NCBI GenBank assembly: GCA_963723585.1
Contig: CAVRRJ010000004.1
Span: 88,591 to 152,590, forward strand
DNA: 64,000 nt
From: an uncultured Solirubrobacterales bacterium
GTDB lineage: Bacteria > Actinomycetota > Thermoleophilia > Solirubrobacterales > Solirubrobacteraceae
Direction: 5' to 3'
The position numbers were made by a program, and so were the translations under genes. This document shows, piece by piece, positions 61,345 to 64,000 of this stretch. Numbering within the stretch: the stretch's first letter is position 1; every line of letters begins with the position of its first letter. Under the pieces are notes generated by a model that was not told the origin of the DNA, did not search any database, and was given only the letters and a program-made list of their open reading frames with translations.

Positions 61345-63999
61345 CTATTCAGCGCTGGCCGCGTCGCGCATCAGCCGGCCGACTGACACCGCGGACAAAT
61401 GATGATTGCGCAACCCGGCGAGCAGCTTGACGAGCAGTGGCTGGAGCAGCACCGGGTTGGCCACGGTCACCTCGATGACCTCGCCGGGGCGCAGCCGGCC
61501 CAGGGAGTCATCGCGATCCTGCAGGCGGACCGCTCCCGCGACGAGACGTCCGCCGGCGCCGTGGGCGAACAGCCATTGACCGAGGCTGGGCCCGTTCGAG
61601 GCGTAGATGAAGGTGCGGCCATGTCCCATCGGGCCGATCAGCTTGTGCAACTCCCCCCGGGTGCCGAGCCAGCGGACCAGACCCCCGCCCGGCAGTCGCG
61701 GGACGGCCTGGTCGCCGTAGTCGATCACGGTCGTGTCGACGGGGGAGGAGGCGCGGCGGACGGTGAACGAGGCGTGGATGCCGTAGCTCGAGAGCAGGCC
61801 GGCGAGTGCGGGCACCTGCCCGCCGGGGGCGTCGATGAGCACCCCGACCTCGGGGTGATCGGTCTCCACGGCGGTCACCGGCCGGATGTGGGCGAAATGC
61901 GAGACGAGTGAGTAGCTGGCCCCGGTGGTCAGGGTCCAGCCGGCCACGAGCACGGCGGCAGCGGTGGCGATCGCGGCCCGGGCGGTGCGCACCCGCCAGA
62001 CCGGCAACGAGCGGGCCCGGCGCTCATCGGCCAGGATCAGCGACGCCGTGGGCGGACGGCGGGCAAAGCGGGGGTCGGGCTCGGTGCGCAGCTCGAGCGC
62101 GCGGCCGATCTTCGGTCCGAGCTCGCCCGGGCCGCGGGCCACCTGGGCGAGCTGGAAGCGCTCGAGCGCCGTGTTCGAAGCCCTGACGTGGCCGACCCCG
62201 AAGCCGTAGGACACGACCGGGCAGCCACGGATGATCGCCTCGAGAACAGTAAGACCGGCACTGGAGTGGACCAGCACGTCGGCCGCGGCGAGCACGTCCC
62301 CCATCCGGTCGGTGAAGCCCATGATGCGCAGGCGCGGCTCGCCGGCGAAGCGCCGGGCGACCTTGGCCCGCAGCTTGTCGTTGCGTCCGCAGAGGCAGAG
62401 CACGGTGGCGTCCTCGAACTCGAGCGCGGCCCGGGTGGCCCCGGCCAGGTCCCCCACGCCCCAGCCCCCGCCGGAGACGGCGATGACTCGGCCGGTGGCG
62501 GGCAGGGCCAGGGCGCGCCGGGCCTCGGCCCGCGAGCGGGTGGCCAGGAACGCGGGGGCGGTGGGCGGCTTGGCCCACCGCACGCTGCCGGGCCCGGCGA
62601 TCTTCTCGACCTCGTCGGCCGACTCGGGGTGGGTGATGAAATGCAAATCGATGCCGGGGTGGGCCCAGAACTGGAGCCCGGCCAGGTCAGTGATCGACGA
62701 GTAGCAGGGCACCTTGAGCTTGCCGGTGCGGCGCAGCTCGCCGAGGATCGCCGTGACCCCCGGGTATGTGGAGACGATCTGATCGGGGTCGTGGGCCCGG
62801 ATCAGCCGCATCAGCCCGCGCCGGCCGAAGAAGGTCAGGAGCTTGCGCGACAGCCAGCGGGTGGGGGCGAAGTACATGAACAGCCAGTACTGGAAGTCGA
62901 ACAGCCACGGCAGGTACTGGAACATGAAGGCCGAGTTCTCGCGCAGGACCTTGGTCAAGATCGGGCCCATGGCCGGCAGCCCGTTGACGATCGAGATGTT
63001 GGCGTCGGGGTCCTCGTCGCGGAACTCGCGGGCTACTGCCCGCGCGGGGAGATCGTGGCCCTCGCCGATGTCGGCCGAGATGATCAGCACCTCGCGCGGC
63101 TTGGCCTCGGCGTCGGGCTCGCCGGCGGGGATGACCGCGGCCTCCTTCGCCTCCGCCTTGGCCCGGGCCTGGTCGTGGCGCCAGTCGATGTAGCGCCGGA
63201 CGCCCTCGGCAAACGGGGTGGCCGCGGTCCAGCCGAGCTCGCGCTCGGCGCGGGCCGAGGAGACGATCTTGCCCCCGAAGTCGCCGGGCCGGGCCGGCGT
63301 GTGGACGATCTCGACCTCCCCCATCAGCTCTTTGATGGTCTCGGCGATCTGCTTGATCGTGACCGTCTCGTCGCTGGCCAGGTTGTAGACCCGGTTCACG
63401 GCCACGTCGTCAAGTCCGCGGGCCACGCCGTCGGCGAGGTCCTCCACGTAGACGAACTTGCGCGACTGCGAGCCGTCACCGGCCAACGTCAGAGGCTCCC
63501 CGGCCAGCGCCTTGTTGACGAACGCGGGGACCACGGCGGCCTCGCGGGCTCGCGGGCCGTAGGGGATGCCGAAGCGCAGGATCGTGTAGTCGATCCCGTA
63601 GAGCTCCTGGTAGGCCTTGCAGTAGAGCTCCCCGGCCAGCTTGGTGCTCGTGTAGAGGTGGCTGGGCGGGGGCAGCAGGGTGTCCTCGTCGACCTCCTCG
63701 GGCTCGCAATCCGAGTAGACCCAGATCGTCGACGCGTAGACGATTCGCTTGACTCCGGCGCGCCGGGCGGCTTCGAGCACGGCCACCGTGCCGCGGGCGT
63801 TTACCCGCTCGGCGTCCTCGGGCTCGGCATGGACGTCATTGACGTCGGCCACCGCGGCGAGGTGGGCGACGGCGTCGCAGCTGTGCAGCGCGCGCTCCAG
63901 CGCCTCGCGGTCGGTGATCGACCCGAGCACGGTGTCGACCCGATCTCCGCCCGGGAGATCCGAGTGCCAGGGCGAGGGCCGCAGGTCATAGATGACCGG
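61345..63999 (-). CDS. Fusion: NAD-dependent epimerase + MGDG-synthase/UgtP-like GT28 glycosyltransferase + TM + C-terminal domain (5' end beyond window)
   Basis: HLAA, YTSTK (YxxxK), GDGSQSR; IGEGH, GGGWG, GFTDRM..., GLTVLEA; frame open to the window end. Confidence 0.88.
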   Translation of the reverse strand, partial: PVIYDLRPSPWHSDLPGGDRVDTVLGSITDREALERALHSCDAVAHLAAVADVNDVHAEPEDAERVNARGTVAVLEAARRAGVKRIVYASTIWVYSDCEPEEVDEDTLLPPPSHLYTSTKLAGELYCKAYQELYGIDYTILRFGIPYGPRAREAAVVPAFVNKALAGEPLTLAGDGSQSRKFVYVEDLADGVARGLDDVAVNRVYNLASDETVTIKQIAETIKELMGEVEIVHTPARPGDFGGKIVSSARAERELGWTAATPFAEGVRRYIDWRHDQARAKAEAKEAAVIPAGEPDAEAKPREVLIISADIGEGHDLPARAVAREFRDEDPDANISIVNGLPAMGPILTKVLRENSAFMFQYLPWLFDFQYWLFMYFAPTRWLSRKLLTFFGRRGLMRLIRAHDPDQIVSTYPGVTAILGELRRTGKLKVPCYSSITDLAGLQFWAHPGIDLHFITHPESADEVEKIAGPGSVRWAKPPTAPAFLATRSRAEARRALALPATGRVIAVSGGGWGVGDLAGATRAALEFEDATVLCLCGRNDKLRAKVARRFAGEPRLRIMGFTDRMGDVLAAADVLVHSSAGLTVLEAIIRGCPVVSYGFGVGHVRASNTALERFQLAQVARGPGELGPKIGRALELRTEPDPRFARRPPTASLILADERRARSLPVWRVRTARAAIATAAAVLVAGWTLTTGASYSLVSHFAHIRPVTAVETDHPEVGVLIDAPGGQVPALAGLLSSYGIHASFTVRRASSPVDTTVIDYGDQAVPRLPGGGLVRWLGTRGELHKLIGPMGHGRTFIYASNGPSLGQWLFAHGAGGRLVAGAVRLQDRDDSLGRLRPGEVIEVTVANPVLLQPLLVKLLAGLRNHHLSAVSVGRLMRDAASAE

Positions 64000-64000
64000 C

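Overview
High-GC actinobacterial chromosomal DNA; gene content resembles Thermoleophilia/Solirubrobacterales (inference). Bases 1-5850 are an accessory patch downstream of tRNA-Thr(GGT): ABC exporter, Flp pilin, secreted repeat protein, and GST and excisionase remnants. The rest is mostly housekeeping: tRNA-Tyr, RpoD-like sigma factor, GTP cyclohydrolase, pgsA, clpP, a rearranged SUF operon with two Rrf2-type operators, RNase D, glutamine synthetase, a c-di-AMP riboswitch and a split SOS mutagenesis cassette (imuB, small ImuB-C-like ORF, dnaE2). Many genes at about 10-26.5 kb are frameshifted, probably from long-read consensus errors. Two top observations: (1) a ~1.33-kb IS with a MULE/IS256-like DDE transposase inserted inside the LexA (SOS) box of imuB, where removing the element and one target-site copy restores a perfect CGAAC-N4-GTTCG box spaced exactly like the dnaE2 box; (2) a free-standing I-Ssp6803I-like PD-(D/E)XK endonuclease whose ORF reads through the whole tRNA-Tyr gene. 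All calls come from manual reading; no database searches were run.
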